Assembly (NCBI GenBank): GCA_963743915.1
Contig: CAVURN010000005.1
Span: forward strand, 128,001 to 192,000
DNA from: an uncultured Actinomycetota bacterium
GTDB lineage: Bacteria; Actinomycetota; Actinomycetes; JAHEKZ01
Direction of reading: 5' to 3'
DNA length: 64,000 nt
Shown: positions 54,716 to 64,000 of the stretch, piece after piece
Layout: the number at the start of each line of letters is the position of its first letter
How positions within the stretch are numbered: the stretch's first letter is position 1
Translations under genes and position numbers: made by a program
Notes under the pieces: generated by a model
Databases searched by the model: none
What the model was told of the DNA's origin: nothing
Seen by the model: only the letters and a program-made list of their open reading frames with translations

Positions 54716-55165
54716 TCAGGGGAGGATCGCCGTGCGGGCGGTGGCGGAGGCCGACACCTGCGCGCTCCCCGTGACGCCTAGCGTGGCGGTGTTGGCGACG
54801 GGAAGGTCATAGGTCGCGCTCACCGACACCGACACCGTGGTCGGCGTCGTCTCCACACGCACGATGAGGGCTTCACCGGCCAGGCCGGCATTGCTCAGGT
54901 ACTCGTCCACGGCGGAGCGCGCCGCACCCTCATCGAGCGGGAGAGGGCCGGACGTCGGCAGGCCCTGGGTGTAGATGGTCTCCTCGTCGACCGCTTGCGC
55001 ACCGGCGAGCGCCGCACCGTCGGCCGCGGACACGAGGTCGCGTCGTTGCAGGTAGAGCGCAGTGACATCAGTGACCACTGCGACCAGCAGTCCGACGACC
55101 GCCACCAGGCCGACGATCAGCAAGAGGACGGTGCCCTCGTCGTCAGCGCGAATCGTCCACCTCAC
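54716..55165 (-). CDS. Tad pilus TadG-like pseudopilin
   Basis: DDEGTVLLL, AADGAALAGAQ. Confidence 0.8.
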   Translation of the reverse strand: MRWTIRADDEGTVLLLIVGLVAVVGLLVAVVTDVTALYLQRRDLVSAADGAALAGAQAVDEETIYTQGLPTSGPLPLDEGAARSAVDEYLSNAGLAGEALIVRVETTPTTVSVSVSATYDLPVANTATLGVTGSAQVSASATARTAILP

Positions 55166-55596
55166 GGTCGAACCTCGGAGTAGCGGTCGACGACCTGGGT
55201 GTGGGTCGCCGACACCGGGATGCTCGCCAGTCCGTGGTCGGCGAACGATGGCAGGAACGGAAGTGACACCTGGGTGCGGAACGTCACTTGCACGGTGGCG
55301 CCGGGCGTCAGACAGGGAGACGCCGAGCAGGAGATGGCCATCACCCCGTCGCCGGGTTCGATGCCGTGGTCCCCCAGAGTGATCTGCGCGGCCGCCGCTG
55401 CGCGACCTTCCGCCTCGGCGGTGGAGGGTGCGCGGACGAAGACACGCGCAGCCTCGCGTGTGGAGGCGTTGGCGCCGTAGGCGACGCGCTGAACGTCGAA
55501 CACCGCCAGCAGCAGGTAGCAGAGGGGAACTGCCAGCGTGACGGCGAGGACCAGGAACTCGACCATCGCTGCCCCGTCGTCGGTTCGCCGTCTCAC
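55162..55596 (-). CDS. TadE-like pseudopilin
   Basis: DDGAAMVEFLVLAV prepilin motif. Confidence 0.8.
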   Translation of the reverse strand: MRRRTDDGAAMVEFLVLAVTLAVPLCYLLLAVFDVQRVAYGANASTREAARVFVRAPSTAEAEGRAAAAAQITLGDHGIEPGDGVMAISCSASPCLTPGATVQVTFRTQVSLPFLPSFADHGLASIPVSATHTQVVDRYSEVRP

Positions 55597-55979
55597 GACT
55601 CCTCCATCGCGTGACCAGCGACCTGCAAGGCGCCTGATGGCCCCAGCCATCCGAGAACCGGAAGGTCCGCGCGCACCTCGACCACCACCGTCGGGACGCC
55701 GCCGACCGTCTCGTAGCCGGCCGTGACGTCGGTTGCGTAGGCGTCGGGGAGGCTCTGGCGGATCAGGCGCTGGGTGTGCAGGGCACCGTCGGACGGCTCC
55801 CGGTCCGCGGCCGCGGCGAACCGCGCCCCTTCCCCGGCAGCCGACACCAGCGTGTTCCGGATGTGAAGTGCGACCGCGAGCTGGACCACGGCCAGCATCA
55901 GGGCAAGCACCAGCACCGAGACGAGCACGAACTCGACGACCGCAGACCCGGAGTCGTCCGGATCAGGGACCGGTGACAC
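55593..55979 (-). CDS. TadE-like pseudopilin
   Basis: DSGSAVVEFVLV, AAGEGARFAA. Confidence 0.82.
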   Translation of the reverse strand: MSPVPDPDDSGSAVVEFVLVSVLVLALMLAVVQLAVALHIRNTLVSAAGEGARFAAAADREPSDGALHTQRLIRQSLPDAYATDVTAGYETVGGVPTVVVEVRADLPVLGWLGPSGALQVAGHAMEES

Positions 55980-56148
55980 GACCCAGTGCCGAGGTGAAGA
56001 TCTCGCGCAGCTGATCATCGGCCACCAGCCAGAGGGCGGTGACGAGTCCAGCGGTCATCACGGTCACCAGCACCCAGCCTGGGACGTCCCCGGCGTCGTC
56101 TCCCGGATCGGGCAGCCTCGCGAACAGCTTGGCGATCAGTCGTCTCAT
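55963..56148 (-). CDS. Flp-like pilin
   Basis: 61 aa, DAGDVPGWVLVTVMTAGLV hydrophobic segment, position within tad locus, GGAGG RBS. Confidence 0.75.
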   Translation of the reverse strand: MRRLIAKLFARLPDPGDDAGDVPGWVLVTVMTAGLVTALWLVADDQLREIFTSALGRVTGP

Positions 56149-56172
56149 GTGTCTCTTCCTCCCGTGAACCGA

Positions 56173-57093
56173 CTACGAGCCGAGGGACAGCCCGTAGAAA
56201 CCTGGAAACAGCACGAACAGGACCGAGATCGGGAGGACGAGGAAGACGACGGGGACCATCATGGCGATCTCCTTGCGTCCCCCGGCCTCGATCAGTGCTC
56301 GACGGCTGGACTCGCGCGCGTCCATGGCCTGAGCCACCAGGACGTCTGCGAGTGGCGTCCCACGATCCACGGCGGCCACGACTGCGTCGACGAAACGTTG
56401 CAGCTCACCTACCGCATTGCGATCCGCCATTCGCTGCAGAGCCGGCACCAACGGCAGCCCCACGCGGACGTCGTCCAAGGTGCGCTCGAGCTCGGCGGCA
56501 ACTGTGCCCGAGCCGATGCGGCTCGTCCGCTCCAAGGCCGCGAGAAGGCCCGACCCAGCAGCCACCGCCATGGCGAGCAGCTCGATCACGGTCGGGAGCT
56601 CGCTGCGCATGCGATCCGCCCGCCGCTGAACTGCGACAGTCAGCGCACGGTCGCGAGCGAGGACCCCGGCGGCGAACGCCATGGTGATGATCACCAGGCT
56701 CGGCAACAAGTCCGTGGAAACGAGACCGCGCATGAGCATCAGCAGGGTGACTCCAGCACCGCCGGCCAAACCCCAGAGGAGTTGCTCCATCCGGAACTGC
56801 TCCACCGTGAGCGTGCCGCCAAGGGTGTCGATCCGACGCAGAGCAGCGCCTTCGCCACCCGCAAGCCACGCGATTCGGCGCGATGCCGCATGCACCGTGG
56901 AGATCACCCACTGGGGCTGCCACGCCGAGGCTGACGGACGCGAGGGTCCATCGGTCCAGAGCGCCCCCCGACGTCCGACGTACGGCGTGACACGCTCACG
57001 CAGCGAAGGCGGGGCCGCCGTCGGGACGTGATGCACCACGAGCCAAACCCCGAGCGCGAGACCCGCAACCGCGATCCAGAGGAGGGCTGTCAT
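56173..57093 (-). CDS. TadC (type II secretion system F family)
   Basis: ELPTVIELLAMAVAAG, GTPLADVL, KEIAMMVPVVFLVLP. Confidence 0.88.
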   Translation of the reverse strand: MTALLWIAVAGLALGVWLVVHHVPTAAPPSLRERVTPYVGRRGALWTDGPSRPSASAWQPQWVISTVHAASRRIAWLAGGEGAALRRIDTLGGTLTVEQFRMEQLLWGLAGGAGVTLLMLMRGLVSTDLLPSLVIITMAFAAGVLARDRALTVAVQRRADRMRSELPTVIELLAMAVAAGSGLLAALERTSRIGSGTVAAELERTLDDVRVGLPLVPALQRMADRNAVGELQRFVDAVVAAVDRGTPLADVLVAQAMDARESSRRALIEAGGRKEIAMMVPVVFLVLPISVLFVLFPGFYGLSLGS

Positions 57094-57947
57094 CGCAGCA
57101 CCCGGGACTCGGAGGGCAGTCGGCCGAGGCGCATCATCAAGCGGTAGGCGACGAGTGAGATGACCGCCCCGAAGGTCAGCACCAGTGCACCGGCCGCGGA
57201 GTTGTAGGCCTGCACCGCGGCCGGACGCGTCCCCAGCAGGATCAGCAGCACCCACGGAGCCGACACCGCTAGTCGAGCAGCGTTGACCGTCCAGCTCTGA
57301 CGGCTCTCCAGCTCGCCACGCACCCTCGCGTCGTCACGGAGGAACGCGGCCAAGGTGCGCAGCAGCCGCCCGAGGTCGCTGCCCCCCACCTCGCGCGCCA
57401 GCCGCAGGGTCTCGACCACGCGGTCCCCCACCGGGTCCGCGAGTGACTCCTTCAACAGATCGAGCGACTCAGCGAAACGTCCTGATGTCCGGTACTCGGC
57501 GTCGAACGCAGAGAATCCAGGACGTAACGACTCCGGCCCCTGTGCCGCCAGCTGACTGATCGCCTCGGGCAGAGACAGTCCGGCCCGGACGCCCGAGGCG
57601 AGATTCTCGATGGCGTCCGGCCACACCAGGCGCAACGCCTCCTGCCGACGTCGCTGCAGGTGCTTGACCCAGACGAAGGGCAACGGGCTCACCATGAGAC
57701 CGATGGCACCGGCGATGACCATCGAGTGTGAGACAACGAGGACCATGCCCCCCGTCACGAGGCCCGTCGTGGCACAGATCGTCAACAGCCGAGCGGGCGA
57801 GACGTGTGCGAGGCCGGCCTCGCTGAGCAGCTCGCTCAGACGTGAACGACGCCGGCGCACCACGACCGTCGCTGGCACGATCCACCACCACACGACGAGG
57901 CCAACTCCCAGGCCGGTCATCAGACCGATCAGCACCGGGCTCACCAC
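57090..57947 (-). CDS. TadB (type II secretion system F family)
   Basis: WPDAIENLASGVRAGLSLPEA, REVGGSDLG, RQSWTVNAAR. Confidence 0.88.
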   Translation of the reverse strand: MVSPVLIGLMTGLGVGLVVWWWIVPATVVVRRRRSRLSELLSEAGLAHVSPARLLTICATTGLVTGGMVLVVSHSMVIAGAIGLMVSPLPFVWVKHLQRRRQEALRLVWPDAIENLASGVRAGLSLPEAISQLAAQGPESLRPGFSAFDAEYRTSGRFAESLDLLKESLADPVGDRVVETLRLAREVGGSDLGRLLRTLAAFLRDDARVRGELESRQSWTVNAARLAVSAPWVLLILLGTRPAAVQAYNSAAGALVLTFGAVISLVAYRLMMRLGRLPSESRVLR

Positions 57948-59173
57948 TGATTCCCGGCAGCGAGCAGAGCCGACAGGTCGTGACCCCGTTCGCGGAATCG
58001 CTCCGGATGACGGGGGAACCCCTGTCCCCGTGCCAGACGATGCCCATCCCAGGCAAAGAGGTGCTCAAGCTCGATCACGTCCGCTTCGACACGCCCCGTG
58101 ACCGCAGCGATCTCACGAACCCGACGACGTCCCGCAGCGTCCGTCATCGCGTGGACCACCAGGTCAACCGAGGAGGAGACAGTAGGCACGACGAAGGCAT
58201 GACTGACGTTCTCACCCGCGAGGAGCGGGAGAGTGCAGAGCTTGGTCACTGCCTCGCGCGCGGAATTCGCGTGCAGAGAGCACATGCCGGGGAGCCCGCT
58301 GTTGAGGGCGATGAGGAGGTCCAAGCACTCCTCTTGTCGGATCTCCCCCACGATGATCCGTGAGGGGCGCATACGCAGCGCCTCCTTCACCAGACGCCGC
58401 AACCTGATCTCGCCGGTTCCCTCCAGGCTCGGCTGCCGCGTCTGCATGGAGACCACGTCGGGCAGCGGGATCCGGAGCTCGAAGACCTCCTCGACCGTGA
58501 CGACCCGCTCATCGGAAGGGATCGCGGCTGCCAGGCAGTTCAGCAGAGTCGTCTTCCCCGCTTGTGTGCCTCCCGCGACGATGATGTTCAGTCCACTCGC
58601 GACCGCGGCGTCGAGAAATGCGGCTGCCTGTGCGGTCAAGGTCCCCAGACCAACGAGCTGGTCGAGCCGCTCGGCTCTGACCACGAACTTGCGGATGTTG
58701 ACCGCCCAGTGCTGACGCGTGATGTCGGGGATGACGACGTGCACACGACTTCCATCGGGAAGGGTCGCATCGACGAAGGGCGAGCTGAGGTCGACGCGAC
58801 GATTCGACGGCTTGAGCATTCGCTCAACGAGATCGCGCACCTGGGCGCTGGTCAGGAGCGTGGGTGTGAGCTCACTCCGCCCGGAGCGGGCGACGAAGAC
58901 ACGGCCGGGCTCATTGATCCAGATCTCCTCGACCTCGGGATCGTCGAGGTATCGCTGCAACGGACCGAGCCCAGCCACGGCGTCCACGACGTCCTGGGCC
59001 ACGGCGGCACCATCGGAGAGGGGAAGAGCCTGGCTGCTCAGGCTGCGCTCGGCGTAGTCGGCCAGGACCTCGTCGACCACCCTGCGCACCGAACCGGGGT
59101 CGGACAACGGGTCGATCCCCCGGACGCGGACGCGGTTGCGCACCTCGTCCTCGACAGCAGACACCGCGTCCAT
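57941..59173 (-). CDS. TadA/CpaF pilus assembly ATPase
   Basis: GGTQAGKTT, EEVFEL, LRMRPSRIIVGE, SLHANS. Confidence 0.92.
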   Translation of the reverse strand: MDAVSAVEDEVRNRVRVRGIDPLSDPGSVRRVVDEVLADYAERSLSSQALPLSDGAAVAQDVVDAVAGLGPLQRYLDDPEVEEIWINEPGRVFVARSGRSELTPTLLTSAQVRDLVERMLKPSNRRVDLSSPFVDATLPDGSRVHVVIPDITRQHWAVNIRKFVVRAERLDQLVGLGTLTAQAAAFLDAAVASGLNIIVAGGTQAGKTTLLNCLAAAIPSDERVVTVEEVFELRIPLPDVVSMQTRQPSLEGTGEIRLRRLVKEALRMRPSRIIVGEIRQEECLDLLIALNSGLPGMCSLHANSAREAVTKLCTLPLLAGENVSHAFVVPTVSSSVDLVVHAMTDAAGRRRVREIAAVTGRVEADVIELEHLFAWDGHRLARGQGFPRHPERFRERGHDLSALLAAGNQW

Positions 59174-59251
59174 CCCCCACCCCCCTTGGCCTCTGCAGGT
59201 CCGGGGAGCCTAGAGATCAACAACGGGCGCCCTCAACCACTTCGACGGAAC

Positions 59252-59260
59252 TGTGGACAA
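59252..59260 (-). promoter_or_regulatory. Perfect actinobacterial DnaA-box sequence upstream of tad operon
   Basis: TTGTCCACA on the minus strand, about 80 bp before tadA. Confidence 0.45.
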
Positions 59261-59436
59261 GGCCGCCCATCAGGAGTAGCGAATGCGCGGAGACAGGAGG
59301 AGCTCTCACGCTCGGTCACATCGTTGTTGGCTCGCTGTAGCGGGGAACGCACACTGAGTGATGCGCGGGGCTCAGCGTGCACTGATGAGTAGCGCGAAAC
59401 CTGCATAGAACGGCGGCGGTGTCACAGGGCACCCGG

Positions 59437-60630
59437 TCAGAGGGTGGCGAGGAAGCGGTCCACGTCTGAATCATCGGAGTAGTGGGCCAGGCTCACCCGG
59501 ACGGCGCTCCCGCTGTCGCGGATGCCCAGTGCCCCGGTGACCTCCCACGCGTAGTTGTGGCCGTGCCACGCGGTGATGTCGGCGTCGGCTAGACGCTGTG
59601 CGGTCTGCTCCGGCGTCTCGCCGGCCACCCGGAAGTAGACGGTTGCCGTCCGGTTCTTGGGGCGTCCGTAGAGCGTGATCCGCTCGTCGGCCTCGAGGGC
59701 GTCGAGCATCCGACCCAGCAGTCGGGTCTCGTTCTCGTGCGCGGCGCCGATCGACGCCACGATCCGCTCGCGTCGACTGCCGGTGGCGGCCTCGTCGAGC
59801 GCCGCGAGGTGGTCGACGGCCGCCGTGACCCCGGCGAAGTTCGCGAACGACGGGGTGCCCCACTCGAACCGGTCGGGCACGTCGTTCGACGACGACGCGA
59901 GCTTGAAGGGGTGGATGCTCTCCAGCAGCGCCGGGTCGGCGATCAGGCAGCCCACGTGCGGGCCGTCCCACTTGTAGGCGCTGGTCAGGTAGAAGTCGCT
60001 GCCGAGCTCGGCGATGTCGACCACTCCGTGCGCCGTGCTGTGGACGCCGTCGACGTACGCCAGCGCTCCCACCGCGTGCGCCTGGTCGGTGATGGCCCGG
60101 ACGTCGGGCCGGGTGCCGAGCACGTTGCTGGCCCCGGTGACCGCAACCACCTTGGTGCGCTCGTCGAGCAGCTCGGCGTACTGCTCGGTCGGCAGCTCAC
60201 CGGTCTCGACGTCGATCCGCGCCCACCGCACCTCGACGCCCGACGCCTCGGCCCACTGGACCCACGGCCGCACGTTGGCGTCGTGGTCCAGCTGCGACAC
60301 CACCACGTTGTCCCCGCGCTGCCAGCCGAACGACAGCGCCTGCGCCACGCGGTAGGTCAACGTGGTCATGTTCGGCCCGAGCACGACTCCGGACGGCTCG
60401 GTCGCTCCCACGAGGTCGGCCACCGCCGCCCGCGCGGCGTCGGTGATCTCGTCGGCCGCCCGGCTGCTGGCGAACACCCCGCCGCCGTTGCTGGTGCCGG
60501 TGCGGTAGACGTCCGCAATCGCCTCGATGACCGAGGTCGGCGACTGGGTGCCGGCGGCCCCGTCGAGCCAGACCCGGTCGCCGGACAGTGCCGGGTAGAG
60601 CGCCCGAACCCGGGCGACGTCGTACACCAT
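59437..60630 (-). CDS. Cysteine desulfurase-like class V PLP enzyme
   Basis: LDGAAGTQ, LDHDANVRPW, VDGVH, SAYKW (PLP Lys), VRVSLAHY. Confidence 0.88.
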   Translation of the reverse strand: MVYDVARVRALYPALSGDRVWLDGAAGTQSPTSVIEAIADVYRTGTSNGGGVFASSRAADEITDAARAAVADLVGATEPSGVVLGPNMTTLTYRVAQALSFGWQRGDNVVVSQLDHDANVRPWVQWAEASGVEVRWARIDVETGELPTEQYAELLDERTKVVAVTGASNVLGTRPDVRAITDQAHAVGALAYVDGVHSTAHGVVDIAELGSDFYLTSAYKWDGPHVGCLIADPALLESIHPFKLASSSNDVPDRFEWGTPSFANFAGVTAAVDHLAALDEAATGSRRERIVASIGAAHENETRLLGRMLDALEADERITLYGRPKNRTATVYFRVAGETPEQTAQRLADADITAWHGHNYAWEVTGALGIRDSGSAVRVSLAHYSDDSDVDRFLATL

Positions 60631-63600
60631 CTAGAACCTGCTTCCTCCGGAGGCGACCAGCGTGCGGATGACGCGCAGCGCGACCGAGATGGTCGCGAGG
60701 TCGAAGTTGTCGCCGGACGCGATCTCGTGCAGCGTCGTGCGGGCACGGGCCAAGCCCTCGGCGTTGGCGTTCTCCCAGTCCGTGATCCGCTCCTCCGGCG
60801 AACCGCCCTGCGCCGTAAGCGCCAGCACGTTGGCCGTGAGTCCGGCGAGCGCCTGGTACAGGTCGTAGCGGAGCGCCATGCGCGCGAGCGCGTGCCACCG
60901 CTCGTCTCGCGGCAGGTCGGTGATGCGGTTGAGCATCTTGTCGACCTCGAACCGGTCCGACAGCGCGAAGTAGAGGAAGCCGATGTCGTCAGCCTCCTCC
61001 CCCGTTGCGTTGGCCAGCTCGACGATGTCGAGCAGCGAGAACGCGTCAAGGTGCGCGGCCGTCAACAGCGCGAGCTCCTCTGGCACCCCCTGGGAGGTGT
61101 ACTCAGCAGCTCGGGCCTGCAGCCGCTCCTGCTCCGCACCCCTCAGCATCTCCGGGATCTCGCCGATGAGCCCCTTGACCTGGGCGAAGTGCTCGATCTC
61201 GGTCTCCACGTCGAGCAGCGAGCGACGGCTCTGCAGCAGCCAGCGGGTGGCCCGGTCGAGCAGCCGCCGGCTCTCCAGGTACAGGGCGGCCTGCGCCCGT
61301 ACGGGCACGCGGTTGTCGAGCTCGGAGACCTTCTCCCAGAAGGCGTCGAGGGCGAAGACCTCGCGCGCCACGGTGTGCGCACGGGCGATCTCGACCGGTG
61401 TCGCGCCGGTCTCCTCCATCGCCCGGAACCCGAAGGTGATGCCGCCGCGGTTGATGATCTGGTTGACGACGACCGTCGTGATGATCTCGCGACGCAGCGG
61501 GTGGGACTCGAGACGGTCCTCGTAGCGGTCGACGACCCCCTTGGGGAAGTACGCCTTCAGCACCCGCTGGAAGTAGGGCTCATCTGGAAGCGCGCTGTCG
61601 AGCAGGTCGTCGGCGAGCACCATCTTGGAATAGGCGACGAGCACCGCGAACTCCGGCGAGCTGAGTCCGCCGCCGGCGGCGTCACGGCGGTCGAGCTCGG
61701 CGTCGGAGGGAAGGAACTCCAGCTGACGGTCGAGTTCACCCCGCCGCTCGAGGTGGCGGATGAATCGCTTGTGCACCGGCAGCATCGAATGTGTCTGCGC
61801 CCGCGCATTGCTGAGCAGCACGTTCTGGCCGTAGTTGTGCTCGAGCACATGCTCGGCAACGTCGTCGGTCATCTCGGCCAGCAGCTCGTTCCGCTGCTTC
61901 TGGGTGAGATCACCGGAGCGGACCACCGCGTCGAGCAGGATCTTGATGTTCACCTCGTGGTCTGACGTGTCGACCCCTGCGGAGTTGTCGATCGCGTCGG
62001 TGTTGATCCGGACGCCGTTGCGCGACGCCTCGACGCGTCCGAGCTGGGTGAAGCCGAGGTTCCCGCCCTCGCCCACGACTTTCACGCGCAGGTCGCTGCC
62101 GTCGATGCGGATCGCGTCGTTCGCCTTGTCCCCCACGTTGGAGTTCGACTCCGTCGAGGCCTTCACGTAGGTGCCGATGCCACCGTTCCAGAGCAGGTCG
62201 ACCGGTGCCTTGAGGACCGCGCGCATGAGCTCCTGCGGCGTGAGAGCGGTGGTGCCGTCCGGCAGCGCCAGGACGGCGGCGACCTGCGGGCTGATCGGAA
62301 TCGACTTGAGCGTCCGGGCAAACACCCCGCCACCCTCGGAGATCAGGCTCTCGTCGTAGTCCTCCCAGCTCGACCGAGGGAGCTCGAACAGCCGCTTGCG
62401 CTCCGCGAACGACACCGCTGCGTCCGGGTTCGGGTCGAGGAAGACGTGGCGGTGGTCGAACGCGGCGACCAGCCGGATGTGCTCGGACAGCAGCATGCCG
62501 TTCCCGAACACGTCGCCGGACATGTCGCCGACTCCGATGACGGTGAAGTCCTCGCTCTGCGTGTCGACGTCCATCTCGCGGAAGTGGTGCTTGACCGACT
62601 CCCACGCGCCACGCGCCGTGATGCCCATGGCCTTGTGGTCGTACCCGACCGAGCCACCGGAGGCGAAGGCGTCGCCGAGCCAGAAGCCGTAGCTCTGCGC
62701 GATGCCGTTGGCGATGTCGGAGAACGTGGCCGTGCCCTTGTCGGCTGCCACGACGAGATAGGGGTCGTCACCGTCGTGGCGCACCACGTTGCGGCGGGGG
62801 CACGACGGCGGACTCGACCAGGTTGTCGGTGATGTCGAGCAGCGCGCTGATGAACGTGCGGTAGGACGCCACGCCCTCCGCGAGCCAGGCCTCCCTGCCG
62901 ACCACCGCCTGGTCCGGCAGGCGCTTCGGCAGGAAGCCGCCCTTGGCGCCGACCGGCACGATCACCGCGTTCTTGACCGCCTGCGCCTTCACCAGGCCGA
63001 GGATCTCGGTGCGGAAGTCCTCCCGACGGTCCGACCACCGCAGGCCGCCACGCGCCACGGCCCCGAACCGCAGGTGGACGCCCTCGACCCGCGGGGAGTA
63101 CACCCAGATCTCGAACCGCGGACGCGGCAGCGGCAGGTCCGGGACAAGGGTGGGATCGAGCTTGAACGACACGTAGGACTTCGGTTCGCCAGAATCGTCC
63201 ACCTGGAAGTAGTTCGTGCGCAGCGTGGCGTTGATCAGGGAGAGCAGCGACCGGATGATCCGGTCCTGGTCGAGGCTGCGCACCGCGTCCAGTCCCTGCA
63301 GCACCTGGTTCGTCAGGACCTCGGCGGACGCCTCGCGGTCGCCCTTCAGGTTCGGGTCGAGCCGCGTCTCGAAGAGCTCGACGAGCAGCCGGACCAGCGG
63401 CACGTGGGCCGCAAGAGCCTCCTCGATGTACTCCTGGCTGAACGTGGTGCCGGTCTGGCGCAGGTACTTGGCATACGCGCGGAGCACCATCGCCTGACGC
63501 CAGCGCAGACCCGCCGACACGACCAGGGCGTTGAAGCCGTCCGACTCCGCGCGCCCCGACCACACTGCGGCGAAGGCGTCCTGGAACAGGACCTTGAGGT

Positions 63601-64000
63601 CTTCGGCCTCGGTCTCGACCTGACCGGTGGCCACGCCGCGGTGGAAGAGCCCGAAGTCGTAGACCCAGACCCTGGTGCCGTCCGCGAGATCGAGCTCGTA
63701 GGGTCGCTCGTCGAGGACGTCCACTCCCATGCGCTGCAGCAGCGGCAGCACCTCGGAGAGGGACAGCTCGGTGCCTGAGCGGTAGATCTTGAACCGCAGC
63801 TCCCCTGGTCCGGCGCCGGGAGGCTCGTACAGGTTCATGCCGAGCGGACCGTCCGGCTCGAGCGCATACATCCGCCGGATGTCCGCCACGGCCATGCGTG
63901 CGGGGAAGTCCTCCTTGTAGGCCTCCGGGAACGCTTCCCCGAACTGGCGGAGCAGCTCGATCGCCTCGGCCTCGCCGAGCTGATCGAGCATCGCCTCGGC
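60631..64000 (-). CDS. gdh: Large NAD-specific glutamate dehydrogenase, 3' part, frameshift near 62790
   Basis: ARGGLRWSDRREDFRTE, KNAVIVPVGAKGGF, DPYLVVAADKGTATFSD, GDMSGDVFGNG. Confidence 0.93.

Noticed and set aside
59737-61965. Long plus-strand ORF (742 aa), and similar antisense ORFs at 2823-4484, 28540-30345 and 46035-47753
   Set aside because: Shadow frames of well-supported genes, expected from high-GC codon bias

Overview
High-GC actinobacterial chromosome segment (class Actinomycetes-like gene content), densely coding, with no CRISPR array, prophage, integrase or transposase recognised. Roughly 15 genes, including conserved ones (prfB, katG, gdh), are split by single-base indels, which points to an unpolished long-read assembly rather than real pseudogenes. 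Left to right: Fe3+ ABC transporter with a DtxR/IdeR-like box, helD, an EamA exporter, an N-methyl-amine catabolism region (DAO-family oxidase, two GcvT/DMG-dehydrogenase-like enzymes, choline/ethanolamine kinase, APC permease) interrupted by an arylsulfatase plus anaerobic maturase, and a self-contained module around a SARP/BTAD-ATPase-TPR regulator. Next come furA-katG, a degraded M20-peptidase/AbgT stretch, small accessory genes, tmRNA, ECF42 sigma plus DGPF/YciI, PhoX, the conserved prfB-ftsEX-M23-S41-smpB block, cell-envelope peptidases, a Tad/Flp pilus locus, a cysteine-desulfurase-like gene and a large NAD-glutamate dehydrogenase. The most striking observation is four promoters in two divergent pairs flanking the BTAD regulator. 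All share the architecture GGGAAGG-N4-GGGAAGG-N9-(-10), and they drive azlCD, a PIG-L deacetylase plus DUF4395-like gene, and two small unknown proteins: an apparent compact regulon whose regulator has degenerate Walker motifs.
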